Assembly (NCBI GenBank): GCA_013239625.1
Contig: MU054472.1
Span: 1,281,356-1,345,355 of the forward strand
Reading direction: 5' to 3'
DNA length: 64,000 nucleotides
DNA from: Lama guanicoe
Taxonomy: Eukaryota
The notes below the pieces were generated by a model that worked only from the letters and a program-made list of their open reading frames with translations, was not told the origin of the DNA and did not search any database. Position numbers and translations under genes: made by a program. Position 1 is the stretch's first letter; every line of letters starts with the position of its first letter. Below, one piece after another: positions 30,736-46,592 of this stretch.

Positions 30736-33700
30736 ATGAGCGACGGTCTCCGAGTGTGGCAGGCAAGTGGTGTTGGGCCCCTGGCGGGGCAGAGGGGAAG
30801 GACGGGGAGGGTGTTGTCCTGGAGGGTCCCTGGGACGGTGGGATGAGTCCTGGGGCCAATCTCTGTCCGGAGGGCAGACCCACACAGGGATGGGGGGAAT
30901 CCTGAGGGCTGACTCCCGAGGGCTGGGGGCCTAGGGGACACGGGTCAGGCAGCCCTGGGGTCTACTCGAGCCTGGGGTGACCTGGGGCACCAAGGAATCC
31001 ATTGAGGGATCTGGGCCCGGGTCAGATGGGGAGGTTTGTGGGGAAGGTGCGCCACCACGTCTGAATTTCCCCAGGAAATGGAGAAGGAGAGAGAGACCCT
31101 GCAGGCCTGGAAGGAGCGTGTGGGGCAGGAGCTGGACCGGGTGGTGGCTTTCTGGTTGGAGCACTCCCATGACCAGGAGCACGGGTGCGCCTCGCCCTCC
31201 TGGTGCCCATGGCGGGGGTCCTTGCCCCTCCTGAATCCCCACCTCGCTCTCAGCTGAATCTGACTTGCATGTCCCACAGGGGCTTCTTCACATGCCTTGG
31301 CCGTGATGGCCAGGTGTATGATGACCTCAAGTATGTCTGGCTGCAGGGGAGGCAGGTAGGAGACATGCTCAGGCTTGCAGCTCTCCCAGGGGCAGAAGCC
31401 AAGTCCCGGTCGGCTCCACACTCTTCCCCCCACAACAGGGGCACAGAGGACTCCCCCTCACCCCAGCCCTGAGGGTTGTGCTGCTCACCACTTAAGCTGT
31501 GGTCCCTCCACTCCCCTACAGGTGTGGATGTATTGTCACCTATACCGCAGGCTTGAGCGCTTCCGCCGCCCTGAGCTTCTGGATGCAGCTAGAGCAGGTG
31601 ACCCCTCCCTGTCCCCATCTCCCCAGAGGCCCCTCCATGTTACTTAGCGCACGCGTGCCTAGTTCCTAGAGGGGTCTAGAAGCAGGGAAGGGTGGCGTAT
31701 GCTCACAGGTAGGGAGGAAGGGGAGGTGGGGGGTGTCCTCACCCGAGTTCTAGCCTGCCAGCTTCCCAACGACCAGGTGGCGAATTTTTGCTGCATTCTG
31801 CCCGAGTGGCACCTCCTGCAAAGAAGTGTGCCTTTGTGCTGACGAGGGATGGCCGCCCGGTCAAGGTGCAGCGGACCATCTTCAGCGAGTGTTTCTACAC
31901 CATGGCCATGAACGAGCTGTGGAGAGTGACAGGGGAAGCACGTTACCAGGTGCGTAGGAGGACGGCTGCCCTGAGAGTCTCAATGCCCTCGCCTGTGCTG
32001 GGCAGTGCTGTCCCCTAGGTCCTGTCTGCAAGCTGGGTCTGTCGTCCACCGCAGTCCTTCCTCTCAGCCTGCACAGCCTAGGGTCATCCCTGGCCCTTGT
32101 TGTGCTGTATTGTCACTGTGTGTGTACGGGTGATTCCCCCCCAAGGCCCACAGCCACCCACAGGGGTTCTGGGCACAGAGATGCTACTAAACCAAACTTG
32201 GGTCTGATTGCCCACTCGCAGTAAAGCCAATCTACTAACACCGGGTTGTGGTGAAGGGAAGTACAGCGTTTATTGCAGGTGCCAAGCAAGGAAAATGGGC
32301 AGCTCATGCTCAAAAGACCTGAATTCCTGGATGTCTTTCAGGGAAGAGTTTTAAAAAACAGTGTTAGGAAGAGAGTCACTGTGTCTGTGATCGGCTCATG
32401 CACAATTCTCTGATTGGTTGGTAATAAGGTAACAGGGTGATGTTTCAGAATCTCAATCATCAACCTTCTGGTTCTGACCAGTCTGGGGTCAAGGAGCTGG
32501 TGGTCAGCACGCAGTTATCTTCTTCCACCTGGTGGGGGTTTCAGTACCTGCAAAGCAACTCAAGGATATGGCTCAGAATATTGCCTCTAGCCCTTGGGGA
32601 GGAACTAAATTAAAGGTCCTTGACTTTCTTTAATGGCTAAATTATGATTCTTTCGTCTTGCTTGACTGTTTTCCTTTGTGTCTACATCTTCTCACTTCTC
32701 TGATTAAATGTGCTTTTTGGAACTCAGGAGAGGCCTAGAAGGCTAAAGCCTTTCTACAAACAAGACACAGGAGACAAGTGGTCTATTCCCAGAAAGGCCC
32801 TGCAGGGCCCTGCTCAGTTTCTGAGGGACTAATGCGTGCTTGGCCCTGGATGGGAGGGGGCTGCTCCCTCCTCCCTGGGCCCCCTTTTGCTTTCAAACCT
32901 GACCTCGAGGCCTGGGAGTGGTCTGCATCCCCAGACTGGAAACCCCTGAGGCAGGGTAGGGCAGGCCCAACCTGCCCCAAGGACCTAACCCAGGCCCAGG
33001 CCCAGAGTTGGCCTTGGTGAAGGTGTCCTATGAGTGGGTGGGGAGAGATGGCTCACCCACCCCAGGGCCAAGCCCTGAGGGCCCAGCAGGTCAGGACCTG
33101 GGGGCCCAGGCTGGGTGGGATGCAGCCTCAGTCTGGACCTCCCCTCCCCAACCCCCAGAGTGAAGCAGTGGAGATGATGGATCAGATCATACACTGGGTG
33201 CGTGAGGACCCTTCTGGGTTGGGCCGGCCCCAGCTCCCTGGGGCCCCGGCCACGGAGTCCATGGCAGTGCCCATGATGCTGCTCAACCTGGTGGACCAGC
33301 TCGGGGAGGAGGACGAGGAGCTGGCGGTCAAATACGCAGAGCTGGGGGACTGGTGCGCTCAGAGGGTCCTGCAGCACGTCCAGGTGGGGGCTGGAGGCTG
33401 ATACCAACTGCCTGACAGGGCCTGGGGAGCTGGGGGCAGGGCGACCCCTCCTCTGCCCACATCCACCCTGCACTGGGCCCTGATGGGCCCCTTTACAGAC
33501 AGGGAAACTTGGGGAGGCTCCGCCGGGGTGAGGTGTGGCCAAGGACCCTCAAGAAGGTGGAGGAGGGCCCCGGGGGAGCCGGGTGCAGTGAGGGCAGGAG
33601 GGTGGATGCCAGGGCCCCACAGAGCAGGAAATGCGGCCAGACCCAAGTTTGTCCCAGGCCTCTGTGGGCAGCCCAGTCTGCCCAATCTCTGTCCATGTTC

Positions 33701-36700
33701 AATGTTTTGCCCTTTTCACATCAAGGGGCTGAGGCTCAAAGCAAGGATTAGAACTGGCCCAGACCCTTGGGAGTGAATTGGCTCCACCTCAAATGCCCCT
33801 CTGAGCCAGGCCCCACAAGCCTGAAGCTCAGGGAGGGAGGGGGGTGGGGGAGGGGAAGAGGCATCTTTCTGGTGGGATGATGGGACTAGGCGGGGCAAGG
33901 GAGGGCAGGTGCTGAAGGAAGAAATACTTTCTACTGCTTCCTTGGCAGAGGGATGGGCAGGCTGTGCTGGAGCATGTGTCTGAGGATGGGGAGGAACTTT
34001 CTGGCTGCTTGGGGAGACACCAGAACCCAGGTGAGGGGCAGGGTGGGCTGGGAGGCCACCCAGGAAGAAGGGAGCACTCCGCCTTGGGTTCTGGGCTTCA
34101 GATGTAGGCAGTGCCTGGGGACTGCCTTCCTCCCTCCATCTGCTGCCCACAGAGGGGCAGGCAGAGAAGGGGGGACAGTCCTCTCATGCTGGAGTGTTAG
34201 CAGCAGGAGAGTGACTCTGGGACAGACTTGGGAGGGCAAGCTCTCTGCAGGGGAGTGGCAGTCAGACTGGGGAGCTCAGAGCAGCCCCCACTGCTAGGCA
34301 GATAGGAAGGGAGCCAGCGGTCAGAACGAGGGCTCAAGCGCCCCCACCTGGGGGAGGACCACCGCCACCGCCGGCCTCACTCCAAGTCCTCACCAGGCCA
34401 CGCCCTGGAAGCCGGCTGGTTCCTGCTCCGCCACACCCACCGAAGAGGGGACCCCGCGCTCCGAGCCCACGTTATCGACAAGTTCCTATTGTTGCCTTTC
34501 CGCTCTGGATGGGACCCTGAGCATGGAGGCCTCTTCTACTTCCAGGATGCTGACGGCCTCTGCCCCACCCAGGTGGGAATGGCGCTAAGGCTCTCTGGCC
34601 TGGGAGGTGGGTGCTGTCATCACTCATTTCACAGAGGGGGAACCAGGGCTCAGAGTAGTGAACTTGCCCAGTATGACCCCAGGGGCAAGTCTTGACTTCT
34701 GTGCTAGTGGTCCTTGACCTCGTGCACACAGGGAGGCCGCGAGGGAGCACAGCCAACAACGCTGATGTGGAGACGTGCGTCCCTTGACCTTTGAAAGGCT
34801 CTCCAAGTGATCGTAAGGCCCCAGCAGTGGGAGCAGACTTGCTCCCTGTGTCTTTTGTCTCTGATTGTGCCTTGGTCCTGCTGAGCTCTGCAGAGGGTGG
34901 CTGATGCTGCCACTGACAGGGGCTGAGTGACCAACGGGCCTTAGACAGTCTGATGAGACAGACAGGGTTCTGATTCCAGGGCTAAAGTGGCGCCCACCCC
35001 ATCCTGGCCCTTGGAAGGGGCTACTTGGGCTGCATCTGGGTCAGGAGGCTGGTCCCACTCTGAAGGGCGCTTACAACTCCCAGAGATGTCCAGCCTGTTC
35101 TTCAGCTCCATGTGCTTGGGCTGGATGGAGTCTGAGCTGAGACCTGAATGCAGGAGGTGCCTTTCCTTCCAAGAGGGGTGGTGGAGGGCGGGACCCTGGG
35201 CTCTCAGCTGCCCACCTCTGCTCTGCCTGCAGCTAGAGTGGGCCATGAAGCTCTGGTGGCCACACAGTGAGGCCATGATTGCCTTCCTCATGGGCTACAG
35301 TGACGGCGGGGACCCCGCCTTGCTGCACGTGTTCTACCAGGTAGCCGAGTACACCTTCCGCCAGGTATGTGCTGCTTCCCGGCCCACGGCCCTCTGTGGG
35401 CTCAGTGGGGGTGGGAGGAGATAGCAGACGGCCACTCCTCCCCAAGCAGGCTGGGGCCAGACTTTCTCCGACGTGGTCCCTCAGCAGGTCTAAGAGTTCC
35501 TGAAGGCCCCAGCCCTGCTGCCCTCTGTTCAGTCAACAGAGTGGCCCCTGCCCCACTGGACTCATATTTTGGTGGCAGTGATGGTGGTGGTAGGACTGAC
35601 CATAATGAGGTAAACAAGGAAACACATACATGGTGATGAGAACTCTGGAAAATAAAGCAAGGTCAGGGGACTGGGGGGCCAGCGGGAGGGGGAAAAGGTG
35701 GAAGGGGCACTCTGCACAGAGGAGTCACCTGTCGGACCTTGGCATTCCTTGGTCCTAGGACTTTGGGAGGGAAGGCTGGAGGGCACCAGGTGAAGGCAGG
35801 GAGACAGGGGACTGTGGCTGTCATCCTGGCCAGTGAGTGGGGTGCCTGGCCTGGGGTGGGCACAGGGGTCAGAGCCTGGTCAAGCGGGAGAGGTCTGGGC
35901 TGGCCACAATTGTTTGGGCATCGTAAGAATATAGTTGATACTGCAAGCCATGAGGCAAGGTGAGCTTTGAGGGTTCAGAAGAAAAAGAGAGGAAGGAATA
36001 CGAGGGACCAGCAAAGGAGACAAGACCCAGCTGTGAGGTAGGGAGGAAGCTAGGCCACCCCCTCCACCCCGGGGGACCAAAGTGCTAAGAGCAGAGTGAT
36101 GAGCTGTACCAGCTGCTCCCGAGGGGCACCTCGGGTGCTGAGCCTGATGGTGAATGAATGAAGATCCCTGATGTGTTTCTCAAGCCACAACTCACTCCAT
36201 TAGTAAATCGCAGACGGGAGGGATTATAACAGGTGGTCTCATTCTGGGGTCCATGAGTTTTGAAACCTGGGAGAAAATTACATCGTTATTTGCACTAACC
36301 TCTAACTGAAATTCAGCTTTTGCTTCTGCTATGAATGAAAGCAGGAAACCACAGCTGTGCTAGCAGAGGCTGACTTTGTCACCAATAGAAATCCCAAGTG
36401 TGGGAAAAAGAAAAGAAATCCCAAGTGTGTCCATGTTACATTTGCACACACTCATCACTACTCCCAAACCTAGGCATAATGAGGCCCACGGCGATACATC
36501 TTAGTACTGAATGCATACATAAAGAACATGTGTTCGAGGCCATCAGTTTTAACTGCATAAAGTGAAATTTAAGGAATACATTTTAAAGAAAGAGCGATGG
36601 CATTGAACAATTTCAGAAGCTAAAATCAACAGGTGAACATTACGCACTAATCATAACAGAATACGAAAAGCAAAAATTCAGACATCCATGGAATGACTGG

Positions 36701-37965
36701 ACAGGAAAATAGTGAAATCCTTTGTTATCTTCCTGTGTCAAATCAAGTAATTGAAAAATAAGGACACAAACCATGTCACTAGAAAGATAAAATGAAGAGA
36801 TAAGGAACTAGTTTTACCCGCTCTGAAGCAGAATACACCAACTCACAGGTCCCAATTTAAAAAGACATTTTGATAATGGACTTCAATGCCATTGATTTCT
36901 TCTATGATCCTTCTGAGAAGGGGTTCCACTGAAGTCTCTATCAGGGGAGGAAAGAGAAGGGCCTAGGCCAGGGCTCTGAGCTTCTGGAAGGAACTGACAA
37001 GCCTCCAGGGGACAGGTGCCTGATGGGATGTGGGCTGGAGAGAAGAAAGGCATTTAGAATGAGTCCGCAGAGCTGCTGGGCAAGGGCAGGCTTCAGGTGG
37101 CTCCGAGGGAGCCAGATGTGTGTTTGTGACGAGCTCATCTACTGAAGCAGGGAACAGGAGCTCTAAGGGAGCAACTTGCTACAAAGGTCCATGACAGTTC
37201 AGCACTTCCACCAGGGTTCTCTTTCTTTCTTTAAATGAATTTTATTGAAGTACAATTTATATACACTAAAATGTATCCATTGTAAGTGTTCAGTTCACTG
37301 AGGTATAACGATGCATATAACTGTAACCACCAGCACAATCAAGATACGGAACTTTTCTATCATCTCCAAGCAGGTTCTTTGTACTCTATCTTGCAATGTT
37401 TCATTTCACAGCCTGTGGCCCCTTTCCCAAGTGGATTATCTAGGTGCAGACTCCCACCCAACTGCTGAAAAAGGAAAAGGGAAAGCCCCTCGCTTCCATT
37501 CTTTGTCCGGGACGCGGGATCTCCTTTAAGAGCACTGATTCTGGAGCCATGTTACCTGGGGTCTGCCCGGGCTCTGATCCCGGGGTAGCGACTTAGTGGG
37601 GACGGTGAACGCCCCTTCCCCAGGCCTGTGGCATCTGGGCGGCTCCTGCAGGCGCTACCTGTCACTGCCTCCTTGTGATTGCAGTTTCGCGATCCTGAGT
37701 ATGGGGAATGGTTTGGCTACCTGAACCGAGAAGGGAAGGTCGCCCTCACTATCAAGGGGGGTCCTTTCAAAGGTGAGTGGGGGACAGAGCGGGGTCGCGG
37801 GGATCGGCTGCCCCCAGCCCAGCCAACCTGCCTCTCCCCTCAGGCTGCTTCCATGTGCCGCGGTGTCTCGCCATGTGCGAGGAGATGCTGAGCGCCCTGC
37901 TGAGCCGCCCTGCTCCGGCCCCGGCCCGCCTGATCCCTGACCCCGCCCGCCGAGGCGCAGAATAA
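30736..37965 (+). CDS. RENBP: N-acylglucosamine 2-epimerase (renin-binding protein), 428 aa, 11 exons
   Basis: Exons 30736-30762 (GC donor), 31075-31184, 31280-31355, 31522-31597, 31777-31949, 33159-33383, 33949-34030, 34397-34572, 35233-35364, 37685-37772, 37844-37965; 1287 nt in frame. Motifs: [37 protein letters not shown] and KGCFHVPR (the two catalytic His regions), KLWWPHSE. Confidence 0.97.
32182..32822 (-). mobile_element. Probable solo ERV LTR (~640 bp) in RENBP intron 5
   Basis: AT-richer block with sharp edges and a TG at the left boundary. On the - strand the order is CCAAT (32413-32417), TATA-like (~32350), AATAAA (32269-32274). Resembles ERV1-class LTRs from memory. Confidence 0.65.
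36230..36930. mobile_element. Second copy of the same ancient DNA-transposon family, in opposite orientation, in RENBP intron 9
   Basis: catcgttatttgcactaacctctaactgaaatt...tgactttgtcaccaatagaaatc matches 3160-3275 inverted. Confidence 0.55.
37225..37400 (-). mobile_element. Old L1 3'-end fragment
   Basis: ttttattgaagtacaatttatatac...gtaaccaccagcacaatcaagata is typical of L1M 3' UTRs. Confidence 0.6.
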
Positions 37966-37966
37966 A
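37961..37966 (+). terminator. RENBP: RENBP poly(A) signal overlapping the stop codon
   Basis: GAA TAA A: the AATAAA at 37961-37966 contains the TAA stop at 37963-37965; GT-rich sequence follows at about 37988-38008. Confidence 0.8.
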
Positions 37967-38437
37967 GCTGAGCCTGCTCCACTGCCCGTGTGCGAGTGTC
38001 TGTGGGGTCGCGGAAGGGGAGCAATCCGCTGCGCTGGCTAGACGGCACCTGCTCGCCGGGACAGTGGCGGGTCCCGCGCGTTGGACCCTCCCACCCTGCA
38101 AATAGGCCCGCCCCGCGCCGGGGCCTGCCCGGCCATTGGCCCGCCCTGCCCCGGCCCGCCCCGCCGAGAGGCCCCACCCCTCCCTGCCGAGAGGCCCCAC
38201 CCCTCCCTTGGCCCGGCCTGCACATTGGCCGGGCGGCCGGGAAGGCGGGTCCGGCGGTGCGCACTTCCGGCCGGTGGCCGGGCCCGGCACGCACCGCCCC
38301 TTCCGCCACCGCCCCCGCGATCCCGGACCCAGCTCCAGCCCCAGCCGTGGCCTGGCAGCCCCGGCGTCGCTTCGCAGCGCGGCGGCAGCTGACTCCGCGT
38401 TCACGACCCGCTGGGAGCCGCGAGCCCTGCCGCCGTT

Positions 38438-42989
<4,552 letters not shown>

Positions 42990-43055
42990 AGCCTGCCTGT
43001 GCTCTTCTCTCTGCCCTGGCCTGCCCATTCCGTCCTCCACCTGGAAGGCTTTCAC

Positions 43056-43061
43056 AATAAA
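43056..43061 (+). terminator. NAA10: NAA10 poly(A) signal
   Basis: AATAAA about 65 nt after the stop, followed by GT-rich gtttgtgtgtgc. Confidence 0.85.
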
Positions 43062-43529
43062 CTTCACCCAGTGGCCTTGGGGAGTTTGTGTGTGCTAGTG
43101 TACACATTTTTGGGGGTATGTGTGTGTGTCTGCCCCTCTGGCCCTTCTGCGTCCCTCTGGGTGTAGACCTCATAGCCTTTTGGCACAATGTGTCCTGCCA
43201 AGCCCAACTAGAAGGGAAGAGCTTTGTCAAGTGTGATGGCTTCTAGCCGTCTTCGGGTCCCCAGGAGACCCTGGCACTCTGGGGCCTTCGGAGTCCTGCT
43301 CTGCTGCCGCCTTGCTAGGATCCAGATGCATCAGTCCAGCTGCCCATTGGGCTTACCTCCCAATGCCCTGTCTCAGGAATGGCCCAACCAGCTACCCAGC
43401 TGCTCAAGCCCTGGCAACTGTCCCTGATTCTTCCCTTCCCTGCCAACCAAAAGGTCAGCGAGCCCTGTGTGTTAGACCACCATAACACCCCTTGAATCTA
43501 CTCCCTAAACCAAGCCTTTGTTTGAAAAT

Positions 43530-43810
43530 AATTAGTGGACTTTATTTCTGGTAGTTTTAGATTTACAGAACTGAGCGGATAGAGTTCTTATGGACCGCTC
43601 TCCTCATATTCCCCCGTTATTAACATTTTGCAGTAAGTGCTACATTTGTTAAAATTGAGCCAATATTTATACGTTAACTACAGTCCAGAGTTTACATTTA
43701 TAGTTGTGCACTCTGGGTTTTGACAAATGCATAATGTAATTTCATGTAGAATATAGGTCCTCTGTTTTTCATAGCTTCCACTGTAACTCGAAAATTTGCT
43801 CCTGTGCCTT
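43530..43810 (-). mobile_element. Old L1 (L1MC-like) 3' fragment downstream of NAA10
   Basis: Similar to 39660-39960 (ttttagatttacagaactgagc...ttattaacattttg...ggttttgacaaatgcataatg). Confidence 0.6.
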
Positions 43811-43949
43811 TCTTCCCTGCCATTCCCTCTAGCTGCAGTGCCATTGTTTGCAGCTCCTCGTCCCTGGGCGGGCTCTGCCTGGGCCGCCCACCTCCCAGCG
43901 GAGTTCAGCACCCCTGAGCTGTCACTGTACCTTATGCCCCTGCTCCCCT

Positions 43950-44600
43950 GCTAGGCTGAATAATTCGCCACCGGGGTGAGCTCGGCTTTCTCGCTGGCTG
44001 GCGTATGGCACGTGACTAACAGGCAGCCTGGGAAGCCGAGTCTAGTAGCCTGGTCCGGGAACCGAAAGATGCGCCTGCGCACGGCTGCTCTCTCGCCGGC
44101 TGCGGGTGGGGGAGGAAGGCTGTGTCCTGATTGGCTCAAGGCATAGCCTTGCCCCGCCGTCTGCGCGGGGCGTCAGTCTTTTCCTGTTCGCAAGCCGCGG
44201 CGGGCTTCGTTCCCAGGCTCTGATTGGTCCGGCGGCCGGGCTCCGCGCGGCGGGAGTGCATGCGCATTACCTCGGCCGCGCCCCGGCGCCGGTGGGAGGG
44301 AGAGGGCGGAGGCTCCCACGGCGCCCTGCGGCATCCACCGTCCGTCCTACCCAGTCAGGCCCGCCTTCTGCTCTCCTGGCCGTGCATCCTGGGCGGGCAC
44401 GCTAACGCTCGGCCGCCCCCGGCGGTTGGGCTTCCTGGGCGGAGGTGCGGAGAGAGCTGCGGCGTGGGTGGAGGGCAGAGAAGAGAAGCCGCAGGCTCTT
44501 GGGACCCAGCACTTCCTCCGCCTCTGCAGGACCCGCCTCTGGGAGGGGCTGCTTCAACGCCGAGGTGCCGAACCGAGGCTGGGAGGCTGAGGGTGGGAAA
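43950..44600. promoter_or_regulatory. Intergenic CpG island with promoter motifs between NAA10 and ARHGAP4
   Basis: E-box CACGTGAC 44009-44016; NRF1-type TGCGCCTGCGCA 44070-44081 and GTGCATGCGCA 44256-44266; CTGATTGG at 44127 and 44220; GC boxes. Confidence 0.75.
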
Positions 44601-46592
44601 AGCTGGAACCCGTCCTCCAGCTGTGTGGCTGAGGGTGGGCTCCTGGGGCGTCTCCCCAGTGGATGAACCTATACACAGAGGTGCACAGCCTTGACCCCTG
44701 AAGCCCGCATTGTGAAACTTCTCCTGGAAAGCTGACTTGTGGGAAAATAGGAGGGGCCTCACAGTACCTTAATGTGGGACTCTAACTGCCCAATTCTTGC
44801 TTTCATCTGACAGGGACGGCTGTTAACAGTCTCCCCGTCGATCTCATCTCCCTCTGGTCCATCCTCCTCGTAGCAGACCCGACTACGTCAGCCCTGCGGT
44901 CAACCCTCAGGACCGAATGTTCACTCCACTCGTCGACAAGTTTAGCAAGGTCCCGCAGATCTGGTCCTCCCCTTCTGCGCGATAATGATAATGGGTTTTG
45001 GGATTCTTTGAAGGGTAACAACAGAGCTGAGGATGCAGCAAGCAGTAGGGCCTTAAATGCCAAACTAGCCTCCTAAAAGCCAGGGCTAGTTAGTTACTCA
45101 AGGTTTTACAGCGTGGTTGAGTGGGGCATCGCGTGAGTATTTCTGGAGCCTTAAAGTAAAAGGACAGAGGAGAGCACTCGAAGGTAGGGGCCGATGCCAG
45201 TTCAACAGCAGTTTCCTGTGGGCTTGAGCCCTGTGCTTCGCACTGCTGGATGGGGGAGGGACTTTTGGGGACCAGCCAGGGCTCAGATGGAGGGTAGGGG
45301 GCAAAGGTTGTTGGGGTTAGTGGAGGTGGGGCATGCGTTCCTGCTGGGGTTGGGCCAGCTCCCAGGCCCTCTAGCCCCAGGCCCCCTGGACACATTGCAT
45401 CTTAAAGAAGGGCCTTAGTACTCAGGGCGGGGGTGGGGAGGGCAGGAAGCTGAGGAGGTATGTTTTCCCTTTCTGGGCAAGAGAATTGCACACAGTTGAA
45501 AGCCAGGAAGTACCTGCACAGACTCCCCTTCCTCCCAGAGCAGCAGGTTGGGGTCACGTGTGCCCACATTTGTACAGAGGCTGACTTTGACATCCATGCA
45601 CACACACGTCTGGACCCCTTGTACTAATGTCTACAGACCTGCTTTCCCCGGGCACAAGCCTGGAGCCTGCCTTCGCCCCTCACTTGCCATTTATGCCCCA
45701 GGGATTTCCTTCCCACCCAACTGAAGACAGTCATCTAGTCTGGCTTGTCACCTGCTGCCTGCATTCTGCCTCCCCAGGACACTGGAGAAACACTGTTGCC
45801 CTGTGACTTAGAGTTGGTAGAGAGAGGTGAAGGAAAACTCCAGCACCCCTGAATAAGGGAGGCCCCAAGGTGCCCCCAGGCTCAGGAAGGCCTTGCACTG
45901 AGGGAGCAGGAAGAGGGCCACCCCTCCCCAGCCCCGCAGGCTAGGACAGGGCAGGTGCAAGCTGCAGGGGAAAGCAGAGTCTCTTCCGGCAGCCGGAAGT
46001 GGTAACCACCTATGGGGAAACGAGGCTTGTTCCTCCCTCCCGGGTTGAGCAGAAGGGGAACCTTAGCCCAACCCTGCTCTCTGCCCCCCACCCCCACCCC
46101 TCAAGGGGGCCTGGAGGGAACAAGGGCTGAGGTTCTGTTCTCTGGTACTGACCTTCCTTCCCAGCTAGCTCTCCTTCCCAACTCCTTGTGTTTCTCTCTC
46201 GGGGCTGTGACTTGGGGAGGGTGGGCCCATCTGATGTCCTGGTGGGCCTGTGGGAAGCAGTTGACCAGGGCCTGGAGCAGTTATGGTGTCACTGCTTACT
46301 GGCATTGACGGCCAGTGGCCATGATGTGAAAAGTGCAGTCTGGCAGTGGTCACCAGACAGCCTCCTGGAAGTTGGGGGGAATGGCAGCCAGAGGGTGCCA
46401 GTGTGCTGGGCACCTTGGGGCTCTCACACTGGCCCTGGCTGCTTCGCAGTCGAACTTTGGGCACAAGGCCTCCCAGGTGTGCACCCAGAGGGAGGAGGAG
46501 GCAAGGCCGGGCTACAGTACAGGTCCGGGCGCTTGGCCCGCTCGCGGCCGCGTGGGAGCAGTGGGGCTCGACGGCGCGGCCGTCCGGCCGCC

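Noticed and set aside
46188-46592. In-frame upstream extension of ARHGAP4 exon 1
   Set aside because: The ORF start is non-ATG; the ATG at 46593 has an ideal Kozak context and matches the known N-terminus.
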